A stretch of DNA of 64,000 nucleotides from Deltaproteobacteria bacterium (GTDB taxonomy: Bacteria > Bdellovibrionota_B > Oligoflexia > Oligoflexales > Bog-1112), in the NCBI GenBank assembly GCA_020635195.1, contig JACKAG010000006.1:4010-68009 (forward strand), in the 5' to 3' direction. Of the stretch, positions 40,790 to 49,281 are shown one piece after another (the stretch's first letter is position 1; every line of letters begins with the position of its first letter). The position numbers were made by a program, and so were the translations under genes. The notes beneath the pieces were generated by a model. That model was given only the letters and a program-made list of their open reading frames with translations. It ran no database searches and was not told the DNA's origin.

Positions 40790-42634
40790 ATGGGCATATC
40801 GGGAGTTGTGAAAGTTTCATCGCATCATGCGATCCCTGATGCACAGACTTTTACTGATATTATCTCGCCATCACAGCCTTTTCTTCTGGCGGAGAATGTG
40901 ACAGAGCGATTTCCTTTCCAGCCGGAGTTGCCTGCTTCACATCCTGCGCTGAAATCCGATTATCTGATTCTGAAGTCTATGAAAGGCTCCTTATTTTTTG
41001 CTTCAGAATCCTTTCGTGATGAAAGCTTATACCTGAAGATGGTGATAGAAAAAAATCGTGAACTGGCCTCTATACTGCGCTATAGCAAATTTATGGAATA
41101 TCACAAAATCGTTGAGGAGCGGCTCTTGCGGCATCTCTTCCAGGAGCATTTACGGAAGACAGCAGAAAAATTTGAGAAAAGGGCTGTCAAGGTTCATCAG
41201 CAAAAGGATTTATTTACAGAGCTCCGCCAGACATCATCTGATATAAGAAGAGAACTCTTTTCTTTTTTATTATCGATCCGGGATGACAGCAGACAGGATT
41301 ATCATCGGATGTTCTGGGATGCGGTCCGGAAGAATCTTGAGCAGGAGCCGTCAGCTGTTATTTTATCATCAACAAATTTACAAGAACTTCTGACGGGTTT
41401 TCGCTATGAGGAAAGTGAGGGATCTCTGCTAAGGGCTATTTTTCTCCTGAAAGAGAATCAGCTGAGAGCCAGGGCCTCTCAGATTCTCGAACATGTATCA
41501 GGGCTTTCCTTGCCAGCAGCGTTGCATCCTCTTTTCAGGCTCCACTTTCACAGACAGAGTTTTGAAAAAGAACTTCAGACTGAACTTAGCAAGAAAAGGT
41601 CTGACGTTTTTATGAAAAACCTTGCAACATCATCACTTCGTTCTCACTTTCGTCAGTTCTTATCTGATCAGAGCCTTTCTGTAGCCTCTGAGGGAGTTCC
41701 GCTGAGCTTACGGCCTCAGACATGGACATCTTATGCGACTCCCGAAAATCAACAAGGCAATATGCGGGCAATATCAGGAGGGTCTGAACCTTATACACAG
41801 ATCTCATCATTGCAGAATAAGATCTCTCAGATTCCTTCAAAAGGAAGCATAGCACCATTGTTTTTAGCACTTGGTTTTTTTCCGGAAAAAACAGAATTTA
41901 CTTCACCTGAAGCATCTGTCATATCTTTGCAGAATATCCCGCCAGCTATGGTGACCACACATATCAGCAAGGACCAGGCCGGAACGCTTTTCCCTCCCAC
42001 AGACCTGCTCCCAAAAACCCAAACAGAAAGGATACATTCAGATTCTGATCAGTCTGTGTCAGGATTTTATATTCAGTCTTTCCTGACTCCGGCAGAGCAG
42101 AGCTTTTTATCCCGCTCTCTTCCTTCAAAAGACAGGCATCTTTATCGATTTGAAGCCGTATACCTCCTGCAAACATCCACAAATATTATAAAACAACCAG
42201 CGGTCTTAAGCTGGAACTCAGGAGAAGCAAGAGATCTCGAACAAAAGGCTCAGATCAGTATGGAAGTACGTCCTGATATCGGACATTCAAAAGAGAACAC
42301 AGAGCCTATGAAGGATCCGTTTACTCAGGAGAGAAGAGTCGATCACAACCGCAATTATCCACAGCAATTCAGAGTGATTACAGAACATGATCTGGCATTT
42401 TTCGGAAATCCTGTGATGACATCAGAACTGAGCCGAACCTCTGTTTTTCTGAAGCACTACAGTCAGACTGAGAACCCTCCGGACTCCTTTGAAAACAAGG
42501 TAATTCGTGCAGGGCAGATAAAAAAATCATCTCATTCAACAGAAACAGCCCCCTTCGTATCTTTGAAGGGATCAGAGAAGCCAGAAATCCCTGTTTTTAC
42601 CCGTGACAATTTTTCTAAACCCCGAAAAGACTGA
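40790..42634 (+). CDS. Hypothetical 614-aa protein, last gene of the pilin/Hint cluster
   Basis: Strong RBS (AAGGAG) upstream of the ATG. No signal peptide or TM segment. The N-terminal third is helical and the C-terminal half is Ser/Pro/Thr/Gln-rich. No recognised domain. Confidence 0.6.
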   Translation: MGISGVVKVSSHHAIPDAQTFTDIISPSQPFLLAENVTERFPFQPELPASHPALKSDYLILKSMKGSLFFASESFRDESLYLKMVIEKNRELASILRYSKFMEYHKIVEERLLRHLFQEHLRKTAEKFEKRAVKVHQQKDLFTELRQTSSDIRRELFSFLLSIRDDSRQDYHRMFWDAVRKNLEQEPSAVILSSTNLQELLTGFRYEESEGSLLRAIFLLKENQLRARASQILEHVSGLSLPAALHPLFRLHFHRQSFEKELQTELSKKRSDVFMKNLATSSLRSHFRQFLSDQSLSVASEGVPLSLRPQTWTSYATPENQQGNMRAISGGSEPYTQISSLQNKISQIPSKGSIAPLFLALGFFPEKTEFTSPEASVISLQNIPPAMVTTHISKDQAGTLFPPTDLLPKTQTERIHSDSDQSVSGFYIQSFLTPAEQSFLSRSLPSKDRHLYRFEAVYLLQTSTNIIKQPAVLSWNSGEARDLEQKAQISMEVRPDIGHSKENTEPMKDPFTQERRVDHNRNYPQQFRVITEHDLAFFGNPVMTSELSRTSVFLKHYSQTENPPDSFENKVIRAGQIKKSSHSTETAPFVSLKGSEKPEIPVFTRDNFSKPRKD

Positions 42635-42821
42635 CCACTGAAAAAAAAATCTCATGCAGCCTGCTGATTTAATAAAAAGAACGAAGAGTCTCTTGTATTG
42701 ACTCATCGGGACAGACTGCTAAGATTCTGCCTGCACTGAGTCTGTATTCTTCTGGATCTGAAGGCTTCAAACAGAACCTCAGAGGCTTCTGAAGAACTGA
42801 GTAAACTAATCAGGGTGGATT

Positions 42822-44450
42822 ATGTCAGATAAAAAAATTCCCGATCCGGAAGATATTCAGAGAGAATTTGAGGACTTCGTTCAAAAACGTTTTGGCAAAA
42901 ATATTCAGGTTTTTGCTCAGGAGTTGCCCTCCTCTTTTCTTTCGAAAGAAAAAACAGAACCGGAGGAAAAAAACGATCTTCAGGAAGAAAAGAAACTGGA
43001 TGAGAAAATTTTTTCCTTTAATATGAAACCCAAAGATCTGAAAGAGCAACTGGATCGCTTTATTATCGGACAGGATGAAGCCAGAAAAGCGCTGTCGATT
43101 GCTGTCTGTGATCACTATAATCAGGTGTCTTTGCATCATCGTCATCCGGATCTGGATGATCATGCCTATTATGCGAAACAGAATGTTCTGGTTCTTGGCC
43201 CTACTGGTGTTGGAAAAACCTGCATGATCCGGCATATCGCTGAAATGGTAGGAGTTCCTTTTGTCAAGGCAGATGCAACCCGCTTCTCTGAAACGGGTTA
43301 TATGGGAGCCAATGTTGATGATCTGATCCGGGATCTGGTGACTCAGGCAGATGGAAATATTCAGCTGGCTCAGTATGGCATTGTTTATCTTGATGAAGTC
43401 GACAAACTGGCTCAGGCGCCCGGCCATGTCGGAAGAGATGTAAGCGGCAGGGGAGTACAGCTGGGGCTGCTTAAGCTGATGGAAGATACAGATATCGATC
43501 TCAGGGCAGCCCATGATCCTGCATCTCAGATGCAGATTTTTATGGAGATGCAGCAAAAAGGGAAGGTCGAAAAACAGCTGATCAGTACCCGTCATATTCT
43601 TTTTATTGTAAGTGGAGCTTTTACCGGACTTGAGACGATCGTCAGTAAACGGCTAAACCGATCCTCAATCGGCTTCGATCAGGCAGCAAAAGAAACTATA
43701 GATCGCTATGAGCTACTTGCAGAGGCCATGACCGAGGACTTTGTTCTTTATGGATTTGAGCCGGAGTTTGTTGGTCGGCTTCCGGTCCGGGTCGCCTGTC
43801 ATCCTCTGGATGAGGAAAAACTCTTTGAAATTCTGAAACACTCAGAAGGATCGATTATCAGACAATATAAGCAGGCATTCCATAGCTATGGAATTCATCT
43901 TAGCTTTGAAGATGCCGCACTCAGGGAGATTGCCAGGCAAGCATCCCGGGAAGAAACCGGAGCCCGGTCATTGATGACGATCTGTGAAAAAATCTTCCGT
44001 TGTTTTAAATATGAATTACCATCTTCCTCAATACAGGAACTGGTGGTTTCAGAAGATGTCGTCCGGGACCCTGCCGGGTCTTTGCAGCGCCTGCTCAGAG
44101 ATGCCCCGCAGACAGATCCTGTCGACATTCGTGAGATCCGTCTCTTTGAGGAAAATTTTTTCCGGAAGTACCGGATGAAGATATGCTTTTCACCTGAAGC
44201 TCGCAATCTGATTTGCCAGTCGGCACAGACAAAGCATGTTGGGATTGGACAGTTCTGTCAGAATCTTCTGGAAAATTATGAACATGCTCTGATGCTGATA
44301 AGCCAGAAGACCGGAGTCAATGAGTTTATTCTTAAAGAAGATGTCGTCAGAGATCCGCAACAGGCTCTGGAAGTGATGGTCCGGGAATCCTGCATCCAGA
44401 GCTCTTCCGATCAATCCGAGAAAAGAGAACCGCAAAGCCCTGTTCTCTGA
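42822..44450 (+). CDS. ClpX-like AAA+ unfoldase paralog lacking the N-terminal zinc-binding domain
   Basis: Motifs LDRFIIGQDEARKAL, Walker A GPTGVGKT, pore loop GYMG, Walker B IVYLDEVDK, RDVSGRGVQLGLLKLMEDT, an IGF tripeptide (SSIGFDQ) and sensor-2 GARSL. There is no Cys cluster in the first 80 aa. An extra C-terminal segment of about 130 aa is present. Confidence 0.8.
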   Translation: MSDKKIPDPEDIQREFEDFVQKRFGKNIQVFAQELPSSFLSKEKTEPEEKNDLQEEKKLDEKIFSFNMKPKDLKEQLDRFIIGQDEARKALSIAVCDHYNQVSLHHRHPDLDDHAYYAKQNVLVLGPTGVGKTCMIRHIAEMVGVPFVKADATRFSETGYMGANVDDLIRDLVTQADGNIQLAQYGIVYLDEVDKLAQAPGHVGRDVSGRGVQLGLLKLMEDTDIDLRAAHDPASQMQIFMEMQQKGKVEKQLISTRHILFIVSGAFTGLETIVSKRLNRSSIGFDQAAKETIDRYELLAEAMTEDFVLYGFEPEFVGRLPVRVACHPLDEEKLFEILKHSEGSIIRQYKQAFHSYGIHLSFEDAALREIARQASREETGARSLMTICEKIFRCFKYELPSSSIQELVVSEDVVRDPAGSLQRLLRDAPQTDPVDIREIRLFEENFFRKYRMKICFSPEARNLICQSAQTKHVGIGQFCQNLLENYEHALMLISQKTGVNEFILKEDVVRDPQQALEVMVRESCIQSSSDQSEKREPQSPVL

Positions 44451-44596
44451 GCGTCGTCAGAACATCCGAGTCCTCCGGACTTTAATCTGAAAACATCATT
44501 TTTTGTCATCCTGTCATGATCAGAAAAATCAGTTTTCCCTGAATAATTCCGATTGTTCCAGACAGAGCAGACCAGCCCGACTCTGCTCTGTCATGG

Positions 44597-45100
44597 ATGC
44601 TTATATCTGAGGTTCTGGAATTGGGACATCTGAAGGTTGTGATCAGAGAACAGGAAGGACGTGCCAGATATACCCTGGCAGGCGATGTGGATGAGGCCAT
44701 CTCGCAGGAGAGCTTTCCCGCAACAGATCTCAATGAGGTGATCCTTGATCTTTCCGGGATCATGAGCTTCAATTCCTGCGGTTTGAGAGAGTGGATTCGC
44801 TGGATTCAGATCTTTTCCTCTCATCATAAAGTTTACTTTGAGAACTGCTCTGTACCCACCATTGATCAGATGAATATGATGCCTCAGACTATGGGGAAAG
44901 GGACTGTTCTGTCTTTTTATGCTCCTTATTATTGTGAAACCTGTGGAGAAGTCAATCAGCTGGTTCTTATGGATCGCTACGCTGAAATGCTCCGGCAGAA
45001 AAAAGCTCCGGACTTTTCTTGTGAAACCTGTGGTGATGTTCTCTGTTTTGATGCGCTGGCAGCGAGTTATTTTTTATTTGCAGACAGTCGCGCAGGATGA
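44597..45100 (+). CDS. STAS-like domain protein with a C-terminal CxxC...CxxC zinc ribbon
   Basis: ILDLSGIMSFNSCGLREWIRWI is typical of STAS / anti-sigma-antagonist folds. It is followed by CETCGEV...CETCGDV. The gene lies directly upstream of cheA. Confidence 0.5.
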   Translation: MLISEVLELGHLKVVIREQEGRARYTLAGDVDEAISQESFPATDLNEVILDLSGIMSFNSCGLREWIRWIQIFSSHHKVYFENCSVPTIDQMNMMPQTMGKGTVLSFYAPYYCETCGEVNQLVLMDRYAEMLRQKKAPDFSCETCGDVLCFDALAASYFLFADSRAG

Positions 45101-45150
45101 ATATAGCAAAGAAATATTGACCGGATCAGAAAGACGATAATGGAGATGGG

Positions 45151-47544
45151 ATGATGGGAATGGATGCACTCACACAAAAGGCTTTTGAAGCACTGGTGAA
45201 AGACATTCTTCCCAGACTTGCTTCTCATCTGAGTTCTCTGGAAGCTCTGGCTCCAGAATCACGGGAATCTGATAATGACTGTCGTTTTCTGATCAGGGAA
45301 GCCTCTGAGCTATTAAAGCTCATGGATAAATGGAGTCAGAGTTCTGCTAAAACAGATCTGCCAGAGCACGATATTTCCGAAATTCCGGAAACATCGACTC
45401 AGGAAGAATATCCGGCCGATTCTGTCACAGAAGAGTCCGATCCTTCGGCAGAAATGAGTGATGATGAAGCCCGCAGATTGCTGGCAATGATGGATGGAAC
45501 TGACTCATCTCCGCCAACTCCTGCCAAAAATCACTGTGATTCCAGCTCTGACATGAGTGATGAAGAAGCTATGGCCGCACTGGCTGCGATGGACAGCCCG
45601 GTGCAGGAGTCCTCCTCTGACAGCGGAGACGAAGACGATGATGCAGCTCTGAAAATGCTGGCCCGACTTGAAGAAGAGGCCGAAGGCACCCCCGGCGCAA
45701 CCCAGGACTCACAGGAGCCCTCAGCAACAACAGGAAGCGCGCCTGCTTTTACTGATGAGATAGTAGAAGAAGTTGAAGAATTCGGAGAGAGTGAATTTAG
45801 CTCAGATCCTGATATGATCCAGGATTTTATCACCAATGCTGATGAACTCATGGAAAATCTGGATACACAAGTTCTGGCTCTTGAAAAATCACCGACAAGT
45901 CAGGAAATCATCAACGAAATTTTTCGCTCTGCCCATACCCTGAAAGGGGCTGCTGGTATGTTTGCATTCCGTGCGATTGAACGGATTATGCACCGGATGG
46001 AGAACTATTTTGATCAGATCAGTAAGGGCAAACAAACGGTAAGTGGGGCTGCTGTTGACGTGCTTTTTAGCGCAATGGATATTCTGAGACATCTGATTGA
46101 TGGAGTCAGAAATGGCAAACCCACGGGTCGCCAGACTGCTCAGATTGTTCATCAGCTTAACCAGCTTTGTGCAGGAACATTAATATCATCCTCTGCCAGC
46201 CATGCATCTTCCCCTAAGGAAAAAGAAGAAGAACAGGCGACAGAAAATCCAGCAGATGACACAGCAAAAAAGCAAAAGCAGTCGACAATCCGGGTTGATC
46301 TTCAACGGCTTGATGCTCTTGTGAATCTGGTAGGGGAGCTGGTGATTGACAGAACACGTTTTATGAGTATTGAAGAACAGCTCAGAATAAAAGGACCTCA
46401 TCCGAACCTTGCCGGAAATATGTCAGAAACAGTTCAGCTTTTTGGGCGCCATATGAATGAAGTCCAGGACATTATTATGAAAGTCAGGATGGTCCCTATC
46501 GGAAATGCTTTTAATAAATATACGAGGATTGTCCGTGATCTGTCCAGGAGCCTTGGAAAAGAAATTGACCTGATTATTGACGGAGAGCACACAGAGCTGG
46601 ATAAAACGATTGTGGAAGAAATCGGTGATCCTCTGATCCATCTGATCCGTAACTCAGTCGATCATGGAATAGAACTTCCTGAAGACAGGGTTTCAGCAGG
46701 CAAAAAATCGCGAGGAAAAATTATGCTTGCCGCTCGTCAGGAAGGAAACCAGATTATGATCACGATTGAGGACGACGGAAAAGGTATGGCTAAGGAGAAA
46801 ATTCGTCAGAAGGGCATAGAAAAAGGTCTGATTAAAGAAGATGATAATTTAAGCGATCGTGATATTTTCAGTCTGATTTTTGAGCCTGGATTTTCGACGG
46901 CTGATCAGGTCACCAATATTTCCGGTCGTGGTGTTGGGATGGATGTTGTAAAGCGACAGATTCTGAAATTAAAAGGAAATATTGACATCCATTCTGAAGC
47001 TGGCGTTGGTACAAGCATTTCAATTCAGTTACCACTGACTCTGGCTATTGTACAGAGCTTACTTGTTAAATCAAAAGAAGATGTCTTTGCGATCCCTCTG
47101 AGTACTGTTGTGGAATCGATCCGGATTAAACCGTCGGATCTGCAACGGGTCGGGGACTCTGAGGTCATCAGACGTCGCAACAGAGTGCTTCCTCTGTTTC
47201 ATCTTCATGATGTTCTGGATCTGGATCAGAAAGCAAATCACTTCTGGTATCAGTCCCCTGAACATGAGCACTCACATGGTCGCAGGAAAAAAAACAAAGT
47301 CTATGAAGAGCGTTTATTTGTCGTGGTTGTCGGGACAGCAGAAAGAAGATTTGGCCTGATCGTAGATTCCCTCTTAAATCAACAGGAAATGGTGATTAAG
47401 TCGATGGGAAATCTGATGGCAGATATTCCCTGCGTTGCAGGAGGAGCGATCCTTGGGAACGGAGAAGTGGTGCTGGTTCTGGATATTGTCGAAATGGAAA
47501 GTTATTTTCGTCATAAAGTCCGGGGAATTCAGCAAGTCGCATAA
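45151..47544 (+). CDS. cheA: Chemotaxis histidine kinase CheA (P1-P3-P4-P5, no P2, long acidic N-terminal extension)
   Basis: HPt motif FRSAHTLKGAAGMF (His262). P3 is IRVDLQRLDALVNLVGELVI. The N box is HLIRNSVDHGIE, G1 is EDDGKGM, the F box is FEPGFST and G2 is GRGVGMDVV. A CheW-like P5 forms the C-terminus. Confidence 0.9.
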   Translation: MMGMDALTQKAFEALVKDILPRLASHLSSLEALAPESRESDNDCRFLIREASELLKLMDKWSQSSAKTDLPEHDISEIPETSTQEEYPADSVTEESDPSAEMSDDEARRLLAMMDGTDSSPPTPAKNHCDSSSDMSDEEAMAALAAMDSPVQESSSDSGDEDDDAALKMLARLEEEAEGTPGATQDSQEPSATTGSAPAFTDEIVEEVEEFGESEFSSDPDMIQDFITNADELMENLDTQVLALEKSPTSQEIINEIFRSAHTLKGAAGMFAFRAIERIMHRMENYFDQISKGKQTVSGAAVDVLFSAMDILRHLIDGVRNGKPTGRQTAQIVHQLNQLCAGTLISSSASHASSPKEKEEEQATENPADDTAKKQKQSTIRVDLQRLDALVNLVGELVIDRTRFMSIEEQLRIKGPHPNLAGNMSETVQLFGRHMNEVQDIIMKVRMVPIGNAFNKYTRIVRDLSRSLGKEIDLIIDGEHTELDKTIVEEIGDPLIHLIRNSVDHGIELPEDRVSAGKKSRGKIMLAARQEGNQIMITIEDDGKGMAKEKIRQKGIEKGLIKEDDNLSDRDIFSLIFEPGFSTADQVTNISGRGVGMDVVKRQILKLKGNIDIHSEAGVGTSISIQLPLTLAIVQSLLVKSKEDVFAIPLSTVVESIRIKPSDLQRVGDSEVIRRRNRVLPLFHLHDVLDLDQKANHFWYQSPEHEHSHGRRKKNKVYEERLFVVVVGTAERRFGLIVDSLLNQQEMVIKSMGNLMADIPCVAGGAILGNGEVVLVLDIVEMESYFRHKVRGIQQVA

Positions 47545-47558
47545 CATGAGGGGCAGCT

Positions 47559-48134
47559 ATGCAGTGGGATCATGGTAATTCCAGAAGCGGAGTTCAGGGC
47601 TCTGGTATTTTTGCCATCAGAGGAAATCTGGATGGTGAGACAGAAGAAGAATTTACAGAAAAAGAACAGTTTATTGGCCTGAAGATCGGCGATGAGGAAT
47701 TTTACCTGCCCATTGCTGCGGTTAATGAAATTGTGATGCTTATTCCAATTACTTATGTCCCACAATCCGGAAAAATGATTGAAGGAGTGATCAATCTTCG
47801 CGGTACCATTTTGCCTGCAATTAACCTGAGAAAAATGATGGGTCTTAAAAAAGGAACGGTAACACCCGCCACCCGTATTATCATTGTCCGTCATAATGAT
47901 ATGCTGATTGGTCTGATTGTGGATACAATTACTTACGTACACTCAATCTATCCATCTGAAATTGAAACACAGACACTTCCAGGTAAAGGCATGGGTTCTG
48001 ATCTTGTCACCAGGATTTCTAAAAACGGATCAAATATCACTGGTATTCTTGATATCAGTAAAATTTTCTCTCATGCCTCAGAATCAGCAAAATCAGGTCA
48101 TGACTACGAAAACATGGGGCATCTGGCAGGATAG
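47559..48134 (+). CDS. cheW: CheW coupling protein
   Basis: EFYLPIAAVNEIVMLIPITYVPQSGKMIEGVINLRGTILPAINLRKMMGL is a canonical CheW core. It starts 15 nt after cheA. Confidence 0.85.
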   Translation: MQWDHGNSRSGVQGSGIFAIRGNLDGETEEEFTEKEQFIGLKIGDEEFYLPIAAVNEIVMLIPITYVPQSGKMIEGVINLRGTILPAINLRKMMGLKKGTVTPATRIIIVRHNDMLIGLIVDTITYVHSIYPSEIETQTLPGKGMGSDLVTRISKNGSNITGILDISKIFSHASESAKSGHDYENMGHLAG

Positions 48135-48426
48135 GCACCATGTGCATGAAAAAACCATTAAAATTATCTATTTATGTATCCAATGCTGTGGATATTATCT
48201 AAAGTCGCATACAACTCCATTAAAGCCCATCTGAATCTTTGATTCTCCATACATCGGATTTCCTGATGGAATTTAAACTCTGAAATATTCAACCTTGAGT
48301 CTTTTTATCTATGCTTGCTGCCGGAAGATCAGACATGAGACACTCAGATACGTGAATGTTTTCGTGATGAGAATGCAGAGAGCTTTCTTTAAGCGGAGGC
48401 CCGGATAACTGAGCAGGAGCAGGTAT

Positions 48427-49269
48427 ATGAAACGTGTTGTATTCAATCAGAAAGGTGGTGTAGGCAAGACCTCTGTTGCCTGTAACCTTGCAGCAGCTTT
48501 TGCGGACTCCGGTAAGAAAGTCTTGCTGATTGATCTGGACAGCCAATGCAACAGCAGCCAGTATCTGCTGGGTGACGATTTCAGAAAAAGAAAATATTCG
48601 GTCGCGGATTTTTTTGAAGACAGCCTGAAAATTAAAATTTTTAAAAATAGCCTCACTGAGGCTATGCAGCCAACTTCCTGTGAAACGCTCTGGGTGATCC
48701 CCTCTTCTGGCAGACTCGCAGAATTGCAGGTCAGACTGGAAAGTCGTTATAAAATTATGAAACTAAAGCAGGCTCTGGATGAGCTTGTGAGCCGAATGGG
48801 AATAGATGAAGTTCTGATTGATACACCACCAGCACTCAATTTCTACAGTATGAGTGCACTGCTTGCATCCGATCGGGTGCTGATTCCTTTTGACTGCGAT
48901 GCCTTCAGCGCGAGCGCTCTGGACCAGGTAATGGAGCGTGTGGAGGAGGTGTCTGAGGACCACAACAGCGAGCTAAAGGTTGAGGGAATTATTGTCAATG
49001 GATTTCAGTCACAGACCAGGATACCGACAGCTGCCATCGATGCTTTACTGGCGCAGCAGCTGCCTATTCTGACACCGTACCTCTCTTACTCGGTGATCAT
49101 GAAAGAAAGTCATGCCCGACACAAACCATTGATCTGGATGAAAAAAAATCATAAACTTTCTTCAGAGTATCTGGAACTTGCCGCTAAGCTACTTCAGACA
49201 GAAGAACAGCATGTGGGAGTTTTTTCACATCATCCGGATTCCAGGGTTGCAGAAAAACCGTCATCCTGA
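48427..49269 (+). CDS. ParA/MinD-family ATPase (ParC/PpfA-like by context)
   Basis: Deviant Walker A NQKGGVGKTS. LLIDLDSQCNSS and VLIDTPPALN motifs. 280 aa. Located downstream of cheA-cheW. Confidence 0.8.
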   Translation: MKRVVFNQKGGVGKTSVACNLAAAFADSGKKVLLIDLDSQCNSSQYLLGDDFRKRKYSVADFFEDSLKIKIFKNSLTEAMQPTSCETLWVIPSSGRLAELQVRLESRYKIMKLKQALDELVSRMGIDEVLIDTPPALNFYSMSALLASDRVLIPFDCDAFSASALDQVMERVEEVSEDHNSELKVEGIIVNGFQSQTRIPTAAIDALLAQQLPILTPYLSYSVIMKESHARHKPLIWMKKNHKLSSEYLELAAKLLQTEEQHVGVFSHHPDSRVAEKPSS

Positions 49270-49281
49270 AGAAAGGTCACA

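Noticed and set aside
42825-43595. 256-aa minus-strand ORF
   Set aside because: It lies entirely antisense to the well-supported ClpX-like gene. Its product is a low-complexity F/I/L/Q-rich sequence with no motifs, which is typical of a shadow ORF.
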